A DNA stretch of 64,000 nt from Vulcanimicrobiota bacterium (GCA_003140835.1 PLLA01000119.1:167987-231986); one strand, 5' to 3'. Numbered from the stretch's first letter, positions 8,820 to 18,523 are shown. The notes: a model not told the origin generated them from the sequence alone. Numbers and translations are program-made.

Positions 8820-10187
8820 CTACAGGTCGACCGTCATGCCGCGGCGCGCGACTTCGGCCGGCCATCCGAACGCGGCGCCGGCAAGCGTTGCCACCGCGGT
8901 AGCCGACTCGACCTCGCCGTGAACGGCATAGAGATGGGGTTTCGACCGGCACGTTGCAAACCAGCGCTTCAAATCGTTTTGGTCGGCGTGCGCTGAGAAG
9001 CCGGAGAGGTGAACGATCGTAGCGAGCACCGGAAGCGTGTCGCCGAAAATGCGCACGCTGTGGGCTCCGTGAGTAAGTAAGAATCCCAGCGTGCCGACGC
9101 TTTGATATCCCGGAAAAACGATGGTGGCGTTGGGGTCGGCGAGATGGTTATGCAGATGATGCAAGATTCGGCCGCCCGAGGCCATGCCCGAAGCCGAGAC
9201 GACGACCGCGGGGCCGGCGAGTGCGTTGAGCGCTTTCGACTCCTCGGTGGTCACTTCCAGCGAAAAGTTTTGCACGCCGAACGGCGCACCGGCCCGGTCG
9301 CGCGGAATCGGCTTGTGCGCGTCCGGAAATGCTTCGAAGAGCGCGTCTACCTTGGCCGCCATCGGGCTGTCGAGGTGAATCGGAAGGCTCGCGATACGTT
9401 CGTCGCGCGCTTGGATTTGCGCGATCGCCAGAAGGATGTCTTGGGAACGCTCCACGGCAAACGCGGGGATGACGATCGGACCGCCGAGGACCATCGCCGT
9501 GGCGAGCGTCGCCCGCAGTTCTTCCGAGGGATCTGGAGGATGGATGCGGTCGCCATACGTCGACTCGCTCACGATGATTTCGGCGGCGCCGATCGGGTCG
9601 GGATCGTACAGAAGCGGGCGCCCGTACCGTCCCAGGTCGCCCGAAAAGACGACTCGCTTGCCTTCGAATTCGAGGGCGACGAACGCCGAACCGATGATGT
9701 GTCCGGCGTTATGATACGTTGCGGTGGCCACGCCCGCCGTATCGAACGGCGCGTTGAGAGGAACCGGTCGTACCAGACCCATCGCCGAGACGACGTCGGA
9801 TTCGTCGTAGTATGGCGGCGGCGCGTGCGGACGCTCGTGGTTGAATCCGCGAGCGTGAAGCTCTCGTTGCAGATGTGCGGCGTCGTCCAACACGATCTGC
9901 ATCAATCCTTGCGTCGGAGGCGTGCAGAACACCGGACCCCGGAAGCCGTCGCGGACGAGCTTCGGAAGGTAGCCAATGTGATCGAGATGCCCGTGCGTAA
10001 TGACGACCGCGTCGATCTCGCCGGCCGGCACCGGCAGCGGGATGTCGTTGAGGGCGCGCACGTCGACGACGCCTTGGAACAGGCCGCAATCGATGAAAAT
10101 GTGCCGTCCGCCGATTGAAAGGAGGTGCTTGCTACCGGTGACGGTCCCGGCCGCGCCGACGAACGTGAGCTGCGCAGTCGAGGCCAT
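8820..10187 (-). CDS. MBL-fold beta-CASP family RNA-metabolising hydrolase
   Basis: HGHLDH motif, SGDLG, ESTYG and a C-terminal HADQ motif. About 455 aa, typical of CPSF73/RNase J-like beta-CASP proteins. Confidence 0.85.
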   Translation of the reverse strand: MASTAQLTFVGAAGTVTGSKHLLSIGGRHIFIDCGLFQGVVDVRALNDIPLPVPAGEIDAVVITHGHLDHIGYLPKLVRDGFRGPVFCTPPTQGLMQIVLDDAAHLQRELHARGFNHERPHAPPPYYDESDVVSAMGLVRPVPLNAPFDTAGVATATYHNAGHIIGSAFVALEFEGKRVVFSGDLGRYGRPLLYDPDPIGAAEIIVSESTYGDRIHPPDPSEELRATLATAMVLGGPIVIPAFAVERSQDILLAIAQIQARDERIASLPIHLDSPMAAKVDALFEAFPDAHKPIPRDRAGAPFGVQNFSLEVTTEESKALNALAGPAVVVSASGMASGGRILHHLHNHLADPNATIVFPGYQSVGTLGFLLTHGAHSVRIFGDTLPVLATIVHLSGFSAHADQNDLKRWFATCRSKPHLYAVHGEVESATAVATLAGAAFGWPAEVARRGMTVDL

Positions 10188-10807
10188 TAAAACGACCGCG
10201 TTTCTTGGGTGACGGCAGGGCGCCGTACGTCGAAGCCGCCGTGACGGTTGAACGCCAGAGAACTGGGGATCGCGTCTTTGACGTAAACGTCGAAGCAGCG
10301 ATCGACCAGTGCTTCCGGACTGTCGTCGGTAATCAAGATCGATCCCGTATCCTTTTTTACCATGTGCGCGATCGGCACGAACTCGTCGCTGATGCCGCCG
10401 GAGTGCGTCAACACGCCGATGAGCTTGCCTTCATCGTACGCAATGCAGAACTCGCCGAGCGTACCGCTGCGGCCGCCGACGAAGATTACGAAATCGGAAC
10501 TATGAATGTTGTGCGTTTCGCGCCCCATCAAGCCCGAGCCCGTGAAAACCATGGCGGTGTACGGCTGGAGCGGCGATCCGTATACGTTGACGTGTTCTTC
10601 CCGCGAGAGCGCGGGCGAGATGCCGAGGCTGTCGCCGCCGGCCGCCGCGGCTCCGAGCACCGCCGCATGCGGCAGGCCGGGGCAGGCGCCCGTCACGATC
10701 GTACAGCCGCGCTCGGCAATGCGCCGGCCCAGCCGTCGGGCGAGCGCCAATTCCGCGTCGGTAATGCTTCCGCCAGCGGACCCCATGACGCCAATTTGGA
10801 CGTTCAT
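10187..10807 (-). CDS. TIGR00725-type LOG/SLOG Rossmann-fold protein
   Basis: IGVMGSAGG, IVTGACPGLPHA and FVGGRSGTLGEF motifs of the LOG (lysine-decarboxylase-like) superfamily. TAATG overlap with the downstream beta-CASP gene. Confidence 0.7.
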   Translation of the reverse strand: MNVQIGVMGSAGGSITDAELALARRLGRRIAERGCTIVTGACPGLPHAAVLGAAAAGGDSLGISPALSREEHVNVYGSPLQPYTAMVFTGSGLMGRETHNIHSSDFVIFVGGRSGTLGEFCIAYDEGKLIGVLTHSGGISDEFVPIAHMVKKDTGSILITDDSPEALVDRCFDVYVKDAIPSSLAFNRHGGFDVRRPAVTQETRSF

Positions 10808-10821
10808 GGGTCGAACGATGC

Positions 10822-11625
10822 GTGACGCTGATGAATGGGACCTACCCCGAACTTGAGCGGCGCTGGAAACGGCTGCGCGGCGACGGATGGAGCGTTCGCG
10901 AAGTCGCGTGCGTGGGAGCGCCGCGGACGCTAATCTGCGCGGAACGCGGCGACCACACGCTGCCGTCGATTGCTATTGCCGCGGGCGTTCACGGTGACGA
11001 ACCGGCCGGTCCATGGGCGTTGCTGGAGTTGGTGGAATCGGGCGGGCTCGATCCCGCATTCTCCTACCGCCTATGGCCGTGCACGAACCCCACTGGGTTC
11101 GACGCGCGCACGCGCGAAAGCGCCGACGGGCTCGATCTGAATCGTACGTTCGGCCGCGGCGGACAGTCTCCGGAAGCCAAGGCGATTCTGACCGCAAATC
11201 GCGACCGGAAATTCGAGCTCTCGATCGACTTGCACGAAGATGCCGACGCCACCGGTTTCTACTGCTACGAATACGGCGGCGGAGACGACGGGCGCCGGGT
11301 CGTGGCGGCGCTCGACGCGGCCGGGCTGCCGGTCGATCCGTTGCAGGCCACGTTCGAAACGGCGGGACCGATGGACGATACCAGCTGCACGCGCGAGCGC
11401 GGCCGAATTACGGCCGATCACCGAGCCGAAGCGGCGTTGCTCGGGAGTCTTTCGTATTCGTTGGCGATCGCGCGCAACGCGGCGCGGCGTGCCCTGACGT
11501 TCGAAACGCCGAGTCGCGCTTCGTGGGACCTGCGACTCTCTATGCACCGTCTCGCGGTGCGCGCGGCGATTGCGTCGATTTCTCAGGGTGAGGGCAAAGT
11601 GGCTCGCGAAACGATGTTCGAATGA
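10822..11625 (+). CDS. M14-family zinc carboxypeptidase / succinylglutamate desuccinylase-aspartoacylase-like protein
   Basis: GVHGDEPAG, NPTGF, DLNRTF and SIDLHED motifs. An alternative ATG start lies at 10831. Confidence 0.7.
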   Translation: MTLMNGTYPELERRWKRLRGDGWSVREVACVGAPRTLICAERGDHTLPSIAIAAGVHGDEPAGPWALLELVESGGLDPAFSYRLWPCTNPTGFDARTRESADGLDLNRTFGRGGQSPEAKAILTANRDRKFELSIDLHEDADATGFYCYEYGGGDDGRRVVAALDAAGLPVDPLQATFETAGPMDDTSCTRERGRITADHRAEAALLGSLSYSLAIARNAARRALTFETPSRASWDLRLSMHRLAVRAAIASISQGEGKVARETMFE

Positions 11626-11652
11626 CGATGCCTCCTATGCACCTGGCCGATT

Positions 11653-13305
11653 ATGTCTGAACGCGACCAGCTGGACGTCGACGTCCTGTTCGTCGGCGCC
11701 GGCCCGGCGAGTTTGGCGGGCGCGTTGCGCCTCGCGCTCCTGGCGAAAGCCGCCGGGCGGCCGCTCGAAATTCTGGTCATTGAAAAGGGCGGCGAGATCG
11801 GCAACCACGGCCTCTCGGGCGCCGTGATGGACCCACGCGCGCTCGACGAATTACTTCCGGACTGGCGTTCCAGCGCCCCGGTGGAGTCGCCGGTTACCAG
11901 CGACGAACTTTGGTTCCTCACCAAAGGCGGCAAGATCAAAGCGCCCCTCACGCCGCCGCCTTTGAACAATCACGGCAAGTACGTCGCCTCGCTGCAGAAG
12001 ATCAGCAAGTGGCTGGGCGAGAAGGCGGAGGAGGCCGGCGCACAAGTCTTCCCCGCGTTTCCCGGACAAGAGCTACTGTGGGACGGAGATTGCGTCATCG
12101 GCGTACGAACCGGCGATAAAGGCGTCGACCACGCCGGAAACAAGAAATCGAACTACGAGCCCGGCGCAGACATTCTCGCCAAAGTCGTCGTGCTGGGCGA
12201 AGGCCCGCGCGGTACGCTGGCCAAGCAGGCCGTCGCGCGCTTGAAACTCGAAGACGGGCGCGAGCCGCAAGTGTATGCGGCCGGCATCAAAGAGTTGTGG
12301 CAGCTTCCCGACGACCGTTTCAAAGCGGGCGCCGTCGTTCACACCTTAGGCTACCCGCTGCCGCCCGAAACGTTCGGCGGGGGGTTCGTCTACGGTATGT
12401 CGGGTAACGTTCTCGACATCGGACACGTCACCGGACTCGATTATAAGAATCCGACGACCGATCCGCACAACGAGCTGCAGCGCATGAAAGAACATCCGGT
12501 CATCGCCAAAATGCTCGAAGGCGGCAAGATGATTCGCTACGGCGCAAAGGCTATTCCCGAAGGCGGCCTCTTCGCGATGCCGCGCTTGTACGCCGACGGA
12601 CTCTTGCTGATCGGCGATTCCGGCGGATTCTTGAACGGCATGCGCCTCAAAGGCATTCACCTTGCGATGAAATCCGGCATGATGGCGGCCGAGACGATCT
12701 GGGACGCGTTGCAGGCGGAGCGGTACGACAAGCCGGTGTTAGCGGCGTTCGAAGAGCGCTTCAAAGCGTCGTGGGCGTTCGCCGAGCTGCGGTCGTCGCG
12801 CAACTTCCACCAAGGTTTCAAGAACGGCTTATGGCCGGGCATGATCAATGCCGGCCTCTCCACGATTACCGGCGGCCGCGGCTTCGGGTTCGTCGACAAA
12901 CTTCCGGCCGAGCCGGGCTACGAGGTCATGGTCAAGGCCGGTTACCGGCCTGCGGAAACGCCGCGTGCGCCGATCGACAACGTGCTGACGTTCGATAAAC
13001 TGACCGACGTCTTCAATAGCGGCACGATGCATGAGGAAGATCAGCCAAGCCACCTCAAGGTCGCCGACACCGACGTCTGCCGCGACCGCTGTACCGTGGA
13101 GTACGGCAATCCTTGCCAGTATTTCTGTCCGGCGGCCGTCTACGAACCGATGTTCGAAAAGGTCGACGGTTCGATCGAAGGACGGCTGCAAATCAACTTT
13201 ACGAACTGCGTCCACTGCAAGACGTGCGACATCATCGACCCCTATCAAATCATTACTTGGGTGCCGCCGCAGGGCGGTGAAGGCCCCGTTTACACGGGGA
13301 TGTGA
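11653..13305 (+). CDS. electron-transfer flavoprotein:ubiquinone oxidoreductase (ETF-QO)
   Basis: VGAGPASLAGA FAD motif, and a C-terminal 4Fe-4S region CPAAVYE...NCVHCKTCDIIDP...WVPPQGGEGPVYTGM typical of ETF-QO. Confidence 0.9.
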   Translation: MSERDQLDVDVLFVGAGPASLAGALRLALLAKAAGRPLEILVIEKGGEIGNHGLSGAVMDPRALDELLPDWRSSAPVESPVTSDELWFLTKGGKIKAPLTPPPLNNHGKYVASLQKISKWLGEKAEEAGAQVFPAFPGQELLWDGDCVIGVRTGDKGVDHAGNKKSNYEPGADILAKVVVLGEGPRGTLAKQAVARLKLEDGREPQVYAAGIKELWQLPDDRFKAGAVVHTLGYPLPPETFGGGFVYGMSGNVLDIGHVTGLDYKNPTTDPHNELQRMKEHPVIAKMLEGGKMIRYGAKAIPEGGLFAMPRLYADGLLLIGDSGGFLNGMRLKGIHLAMKSGMMAAETIWDALQAERYDKPVLAAFEERFKASWAFAELRSSRNFHQGFKNGLWPGMINAGLSTITGGRGFGFVDKLPAEPGYEVMVKAGYRPAETPRAPIDNVLTFDKLTDVFNSGTMHEEDQPSHLKVADTDVCRDRCTVEYGNPCQYFCPAAVYEPMFEKVDGSIEGRLQINFTNCVHCKTCDIIDPYQIITWVPPQGGEGPVYTGM

Positions 13306-13901
13306 TCCGAATTTCCTCGACGCCGCTGATCGCGGGAATTTTCGGTCGCCGGCACCCGGACGACCCGCTATTGGTGCAATGGTTTCACAATGCGGCGCAG
13401 TGGAGCGGCGCGCACTGGGCGGTGCTGGCGGTCGTCATACCCGTCGTTGGGCTGATTGCGGCCGGCGTCGTCAATCATTACCTCGCGGTTTCGCGCGACA
13501 ACCGCGCGCGACGCTTGGGTCGCGGCGATCTGCGCACGCGCGTCCACGCCGATCTCGCCGCGCGCCTGCTGTCGCACTGCAGCTACGTTCATGGAGCGAT
13601 CGGCAATCCGGAGGCCGATCCGCGCGCGTGGCGGCCGGGAAACGCCTCGCTGCGCACGCGCGCGGAGATGTCCGACGTGGTCGACGTCCTCGGGAGAGAG
13701 TACGTGTCGTTCATGGCGGCGGTCGAAAAGGAGCGCCGTACGATCGAGCAGTTCGCACGGAACGTCCGGCGGCCGGAGCGAGTCGACGAGGCCGCCCGCA
13801 GTGTGATCGAAACTTACGTGCCGTTTATCTGCAGTTTCGGTGAAGAGCGGCAAGGACGACGCCTGGCCGCGATCGCGAGCGAATCGGCGAAACATGTCTG
13901 A
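13302..13901 (+). CDS. hypothetical membrane protein
   Basis: GTG overlaps the ETF-QO stop (GTGA). One clear TM helix (WAVLAVVIPVVGLIAAGVV). High GC3. The 3' end overlaps the thiO start by 8 nt. No family recognised. Confidence 0.5.
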   Translation: MIRISSTPLIAGIFGRRHPDDPLLVQWFHNAAQWSGAHWAVLAVVIPVVGLIAAGVVNHYLAVSRDNRARRLGRGDLRTRVHADLAARLLSHCSYVHGAIGNPEADPRAWRPGNASLRTRAEMSDVVDVLGREYVSFMAAVEKERRTIEQFARNVRRPERVDEAARSVIETYVPFICSFGEERQGRRLAAIASESAKHV

Positions 13902-15042
13902 AAGCGCCGACGTTGCGATCGTCGGTGCCGGAATGATCGGCTTGGCCATTGCGTTCGAGCTCGCCGAGCGCGGTGCGTCGGTTCGCGTGTACGATCGCGG
14001 CGAGCCCGCCGGAGCTGCATCGTGGGCGGGTGCCGGCATGCTCGCACCCTATACGGAAACCGCGAACGACGAAGCGTTGATGGCGCTGTGTGCCGCCTCG
14101 CTCGGCGAGTACCCGCGGTTCGTCGAACGCGTGCGCGCCGCCGGCGGCGTCGATCCGCGGCTGCATCTCGACGGCATCGTGCACGCCGCGTTCGGTGAAA
14201 CGCAGCTCGCGCGGTTGCAGCAGCGAGCGGCCGCCATTCGCCAACGCGGGGTCGAGTGCCAAATGCTCGATCGAACGGAAACGCTGGCGGCCGAGCCGTG
14301 GCTCGGCGCCCACGTATCCGGTGCGATGTTCGTCGCTGCGGAAGGATATATCGACAACCGCCGTCTCGGGCGTGCCTTGGTGGCGGCGTGCCGCGAGCGG
14401 GGCGTCGCCATCGCACGCCCGAGCTCGCTGGCGGTCGACTGCGACGCTCGACGCGTGCTCGGCGTGCGCACCGACATGGGTTACGCGCCCACCGGCGCCG
14501 TGGTGAATGCCGCCGGCGCCTGGGCAGCCGCCGTTCCTGGCGTTCCCGCGTCGAGCCGCCCACCAGTCGTACCGCGCAAAGGCCAGATGCTCGCGCTGGA
14601 AACGCCCGTTGGCTTCGTGCGACACGCGACCTGGGTGACGAACGGCTATCTCGTGCCCCGCGATGACGGGCGCTTGCTCGTCGGTGCGACCGACGAGCAA
14701 GCCGGATTCGACCTGCGGATCACCGCCGCTGGAATCGCGGCGCTGCTCGACGCAGCGCTGACGGCAGCGCCGTCGCTAGCCGGGTTCACGGTGAGCGAAA
14801 CCTGGGCGGGGCTACGGCCTGCCACCAGCGACGGGCGTCCGTTTATCGGCCCGGCACCCCTGGACGGACTGTTCGTCGCCGCCGGTCATTATCGCAACGG
14901 CATTCTGCTCGCCCCAGTTACTGCGCGCCTCATCGCGGAGTGCGTGGGCGGCCGGATCGCGGGCGACCTGGCAGCCTTCTCGCTCGCGCGCGCCGCCGCG
15001 GAAATGGAAACGCCTCTCCGCGGAAAGAATAAAGCCGTATGA
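13894..15042 (+). CDS. thiO: glycine oxidase ThiO (FAD-dependent)
   Basis: MSESADVAIVGAGMIGLAIAFELAERG Rossmann motif, DAO-family body, and position immediately upstream of thiS-thiG. Confidence 0.85.
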   Translation: MSESADVAIVGAGMIGLAIAFELAERGASVRVYDRGEPAGAASWAGAGMLAPYTETANDEALMALCAASLGEYPRFVERVRAAGGVDPRLHLDGIVHAAFGETQLARLQQRAAAIRQRGVECQMLDRTETLAAEPWLGAHVSGAMFVAAEGYIDNRRLGRALVAACRERGVAIARPSSLAVDCDARRVLGVRTDMGYAPTGAVVNAAGAWAAAVPGVPASSRPPVVPRKGQMLALETPVGFVRHATWVTNGYLVPRDDGRLLVGATDEQAGFDLRITAAGIAALLDAALTAAPSLAGFTVSETWAGLRPATSDGRPFIGPAPLDGLFVAAGHYRNGILLAPVTARLIAECVGGRIAGDLAAFSLARAAAEMETPLRGKNKAV

Positions 15043-15239
15043 AAGCCACGATCAACGGAGAGTTGCGCGACTTGCCCGACGGGATAACGGTCGGCCGATT
15101 GCTGGAAACGCTGGGAACTCCGCGAAACAGCGTCGCCGTCGCCCTTAACCAACGCGTGGTGCGGCGCGCCCAGTACGACTCCGATTCCATCGGTGAAGGC
15201 GACTGCATCGAAATCATTAAGGCCGTTGCCGGTGGCTAA
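15039..15239 (+). CDS. thiS: sulfur carrier protein ThiS
   Basis: 66 aa, ubiquitin-like, ends in ...KAVAGG. ATGA overlap with thiO. Confidence 0.85.
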   Translation: MKATINGELRDLPDGITVGRLLETLGTPRNSVAVALNQRVVRRAQYDSDSIGEGDCIEIIKAVAGG

Positions 15240-15240
15240 C

Positions 15241-16038
15241 GTGAGCGACTCGTTCAAAATCGGAAAATACGAGCTGACCTCCCGCTTGATCGTCGGGACC
15301 GGAAAGTATCCTTCGATGGAGGTTATGCGCGCGGCCCATGCCGCCAGCGGTGCCGAAATGGTGACGGTCGCAATCCGCCGTATCAACCTGGACGACCCAA
15401 GCGGGAAAACGTTGCTCGACTACGTCGATCGAACGCGCCTTCTTGTTCTGCCGAACACTGCCGGGTGTTATACGGCCCGCGACGCGGTGCTTACGGCGCA
15501 ACTTGCACGCGAGCTACTCGAGACCGATCTGATCAAGCTCGAGGTCATAGGCGACGCGCAAACGCTTCATCCGGACAGTCGCGAGACGCTCAAAGCGGCT
15601 GAAGAACTCGTGAACGACGGATTCACGGTGCTTCCGTACGTGGGCGACGATCCGGTCGCGTGCAAACAGCTCGAAGAAATCGGTTGTGCGGCGGTGATGC
15701 CGCTAGCGGCGCCTATCGGCAGCGGCCTCGGCGTCTGCAACCCGTATTCGATCGCCATCATCAAGGAGCGAGCGAAGGTCCCGGTAATCGTCGACGCAGG
15801 CGTCGGCACGGCATCGGATGCGGCGATCGCGATGGAGATCGGCGTCGACGGATTGTTGATGAACACGGGCATCGCCGCGGCCGGCGATCCGGCGCTCATG
15901 GCCGAGGCGATGAAGCACGCCGTCGTCGCGGGACGCAAGGCGTTTCTCGCGCGGCGCATGTCTAAACGCCTTTACGCCAGCGCGTCGAGCCCGATGGAAG
16001 ATCTCATCGAAATGCGGCGCGCGACGACGAACCAATGA
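15241..16038 (+). CDS. thiG: thiazole synthase ThiG
   Basis: GTG one nt after the thiS stop. [42 protein letters not shown] and [13 protein letters not shown] are canonical ThiG motifs. Confidence 0.9.
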   Translation: MSDSFKIGKYELTSRLIVGTGKYPSMEVMRAAHAASGAEMVTVAIRRINLDDPSGKTLLDYVDRTRLLVLPNTAGCYTARDAVLTAQLARELLETDLIKLEVIGDAQTLHPDSRETLKAAEELVNDGFTVLPYVGDDPVACKQLEEIGCAAVMPLAAPIGSGLGVCNPYSIAIIKERAKVPVIVDAGVGTASDAAIAMEIGVDGLLMNTGIAAAGDPALMAEAMKHAVVAGRKAFLARRMSKRLYASASSPMEDLIEMRRATTNQ

Positions 16039-16604
16039 ACGGCTCCCGCTAGGGGCCGTTGCCGGTGCGCCCAGGCGCCCGCGATCGCATCGACGCCGGA
16101 TTCCTCGATGCGTTCGACGACGAAGTGCGGTTCCAGCAGCAACTCCAGTGCGGCGCGCGTAAAGTACGTGTGCGCCACGCCTCGTTCGTCCCCGTCGAAC
16201 GGCGCGAACGTTGCCGGACCAAAGCGCCGCCCCTTTCCGAAACGCGCGTCACGAACCGAGCCGAACGTCGCGTAGAGCGCGCCGGCATCGTCGAGGCGAT
16301 CGGCGATCGAGTCGAGTGAAGCGGCGATCGAGGCGACGGTCCCGTGCAGCAGACCGTGCGTGCAAATAGCGGCTGCAAATCGGCCGAGCGCCGGCGGCAG
16401 CGGATCGCTGCTGCCGGCGGAGGCATCGGCGACCGCGACGACGTCGTGGCCGGCCGCCCGGAGCGCGGCAGCGTTGCGTCCGCTTCCGGTGCAAAAATCC
16501 AGAACGCGGCTTCCCGGCCGATTGCTAAGGTCGTCGATCAGTTGTCGAGTCAGCGGATGCGGCGGGCGGATGGTGGCCCGGTCGGGTGGCGAATGAGGGT
16601 CCAT
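15972..16604 (-). CDS. class I SAM-dependent methyltransferase
   Basis: [15 protein letters not shown] (motif I) followed by DVVAVAD. The 3' end overlaps the convergent thiG by 67 nt. Confidence 0.7.
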   Translation of the reverse strand: MDPHSPPDRATIRPPHPLTRQLIDDLSNRPGSRVLDFCTGSGRNAAALRAAGHDVVAVADASAGSSDPLPPALGRFAAAICTHGLLHGTVASIAASLDSIADRLDDAGALYATFGSVRDARFGKGRRFGPATFAPFDGDERGVAHTYFTRAALELLLEPHFVVERIEESGVDAIAGAWAHRQRPLAGAVHWFVVARRISMRSSIGLDALA

Positions 16605-16606
16605 CT

Positions 16607-18523
16607 ATGGCGTCCGAGACACTGATTATTGTCGTCGGTGGAGATTACCTCGCGTTTGAGATCTGCAAAGAGATTCTCAAAACCGCCGGACATGCCGTCG
16701 TTCTGGTGTGGAAGCACGACGACAACGATCGGGCGTCGCGTCTGCTTCATCATGAGGCGAGTTTGCTCAACCACGAGTTTGGCAAGACGTTCAGATTCCT
16801 GGAGGAGGACCCGATCGACCCGGCCGCCTTGCGCCGGGCGGGCCTGTCGTCGCCGGAAACCGGCGACACACAGAGCTATTGCCTGGTCGCCGTTTCGCAG
16901 GACGATCGGCTGAACCTACGCGTGTCACTGCTCGCGCGCGACATCAACGAACACTGTCGCATCACGCTGCGCCAGTTCAATCCGGTTCTCGGCCATAAAA
17001 TTCAAGAGGGGTTGCGCTACAACTGCACGGCCATCTCGCCGGCGGCCCATGCCGCCGCCACCTATGCCGCGTCCGCCGTCGATCCGTCGTGCTTCTACGC
17101 CTTGCGGTTTCCGACGCTGGAGTCGGCGGCGGCGCGCTTTGCAACCAGACGGTCGTCCCTGCCCGACTCCGACGCGGCCGTGGATGAGGATTCGACGCTG
17201 TACGCTTTCTCCGAGCGGAGTGCGTCGTATTTCGGAATCGCCGGCATGACCGTAGCCGAGGCCGAACGTCAGCGGCTTCTCGGCATCGTGTTAGTCAACG
17301 AGCGCGCGCCGTATCTCTGTCAGGGCGATGAAGAATGTCGCGATGAGGAGTTACTCCGGCGGCCAATGGCCGAGAACGATCGGATCGTTGCTTTCGGCCC
17401 CCTGACTTCGTTGCGCGAAGCGGGGCTTCGCGACGCGGTCGGGCGCATCAGTCGCTGGGAAGCAATCAAAGGGCAATGGAAAGACACAATCGCCGGGGTT
17501 CGGCGCACCGAGCCCGTGCTGCGGATGGCGGCGGCCATCGGCATACTGGTATACGTCCTGTTCGTGGCGTTCTTCGTCGTCGTTACCCATTGGAACGTCG
17601 CCGGAGCGATGTACTTCGTCATGACGACCATGGCCGGCGCTCCGGACACGGCCTTGTGCGCCGACTGCGGCAATGCGAGAATCCTGACGTCCTGGCAAGT
17701 GGTGGAAATGGCCGGCGCCGTCCTGGCGACGCTCGTCGGGATCGTGCTGGTCGCCATCTTTACCGCCACGGTAACGACCGGATTCTACGCCGTCGCGATC
17801 CGAAGAACGCAAGGTCTGCGCCGGATCCGTCGCAGCGGGCACATCATCGTATGCGGCGCCGGCAACGTCGGAAGCCTCGTCGTCGACTACTTACGCCAGC
17901 TGGGCGAACAAGTCGTGGTGGTAGAAAAGAATCCCGACAGCCTCCTCATCGAGCTGGCGCGCGACCGGAAGATCGATCTGCTCACCGGGGATGCTACCAA
18001 CGACGAGACGATCGCGTATTGCTCGCCGGAGACCGCGAAGAGTTTGGTCGGCGTGACCAATAGCGACACGGCCAATCTCGAAACGGCACTGGGAGCGCGC
18101 TCGTATGCTCGCGGAAACGCCGACCGGCCTCTGCACGTCGTTTTGCGCATCGACGAGCTCACGTTCGGCCGGTCGATAAAGCGACACTTTGGGATTTCGT
18201 CGTTTTCGACCACCGAGCTCACGGCGGCCACGATCGCCGGTTTGGCTCGCTTCGAAAGCACTCGCGGCCGCTTCGATCTCTTTGCCGACACAGGCCGCGC
18301 TCAATCGTTTCAACTTGCCGAGCGCTTCCAAGGGCCGGAAAACGCTCCGCCTCCCGCGCCGCCGGAGCGTCCCGGTTATAAAGTGCGATGGATCCCGCTC
18401 TACGTTTGGCGCGAAGGCGAAACCGGCAAGGGAGAGGCGATTCGGATACGCAACTTCGAAGGCGAAGTCCGCAGCGGCGACCGTCTGCTTTTTATGGTGC
18501 CGCTCGACCAGTTCATCAGCTGA
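16607..18523 (+). CDS. ion-channel protein with RCK/TrkA-N domains flanking a 2-TM pore module
   Basis: N-terminal RCK-like fold (LIIVVGGDYLA), then TM1 / pore helix / TM2 with TTMAGAPD where K+ channels have TVGYGD, then a TrkA-N domain with IIVCGAGNVGS. Confidence 0.7.
   Translation: MASETLIIVVGGDYLAFEICKEILKTAGHAVVLVWKHDDNDRASRLLHHEASLLNHEFGKTFRFLEEDPIDPAALRRAGLSSPETGDTQSYCLVAVSQDDRLNLRVSLLARDINEHCRITLRQFNPVLGHKIQEGLRYNCTAISPAAHAAATYAASAVDPSCFYALRFPTLESAAARFATRRSSLPDSDAAVDEDSTLYAFSERSASYFGIAGMTVAEAERQRLLGIVLVNERAPYLCQGDEECRDEELLRRPMAENDRIVAFGPLTSLREAGLRDAVGRISRWEAIKGQWKDTIAGVRRTEPVLRMAAAIGILVYVLFVAFFVVVTHWNVAGAMYFVMTTMAGAPDTALCADCGNARILTSWQVVEMAGAVLATLVGIVLVAIFTATVTTGFYAVAIRRTQGLRRIRRSGHIIVCGAGNVGSLVVDYLRQLGEQVVVVEKNPDSLLIELARDRKIDLLTGDATNDETIAYCSPETAKSLVGVTNSDTANLETALGARSYARGNADRPLHVVLRIDELTFGRSIKRHFGISSFSTTELTAATIAGLARFESTRGRFDLFADTGRAQSFQLAERFQGPENAPPPAPPERPGYKVRWIPLYVWREGETGKGEAIRIRNFEGEVRSGDRLLFMVPLDQFIS

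Noticed and set aside
13305-13893. Expected TPP (THI-box) riboswitch upstream of thiO.
   Set aside because: No CTGAGA core or pairing partner was seen, and the region reads as a coding sequence with a TM helix. An Rfam scan would be needed to be certain.
15972-16038. 67-nt convergent overlap of the methyltransferase 3' end with thiG, considered as a frameshift or mis-assembly.
   Set aside because: Both ORFs are intact with family motifs. The methyltransferase tail ([13 protein letters not shown]) may simply be a non-conserved extension. There is no direct evidence of error.
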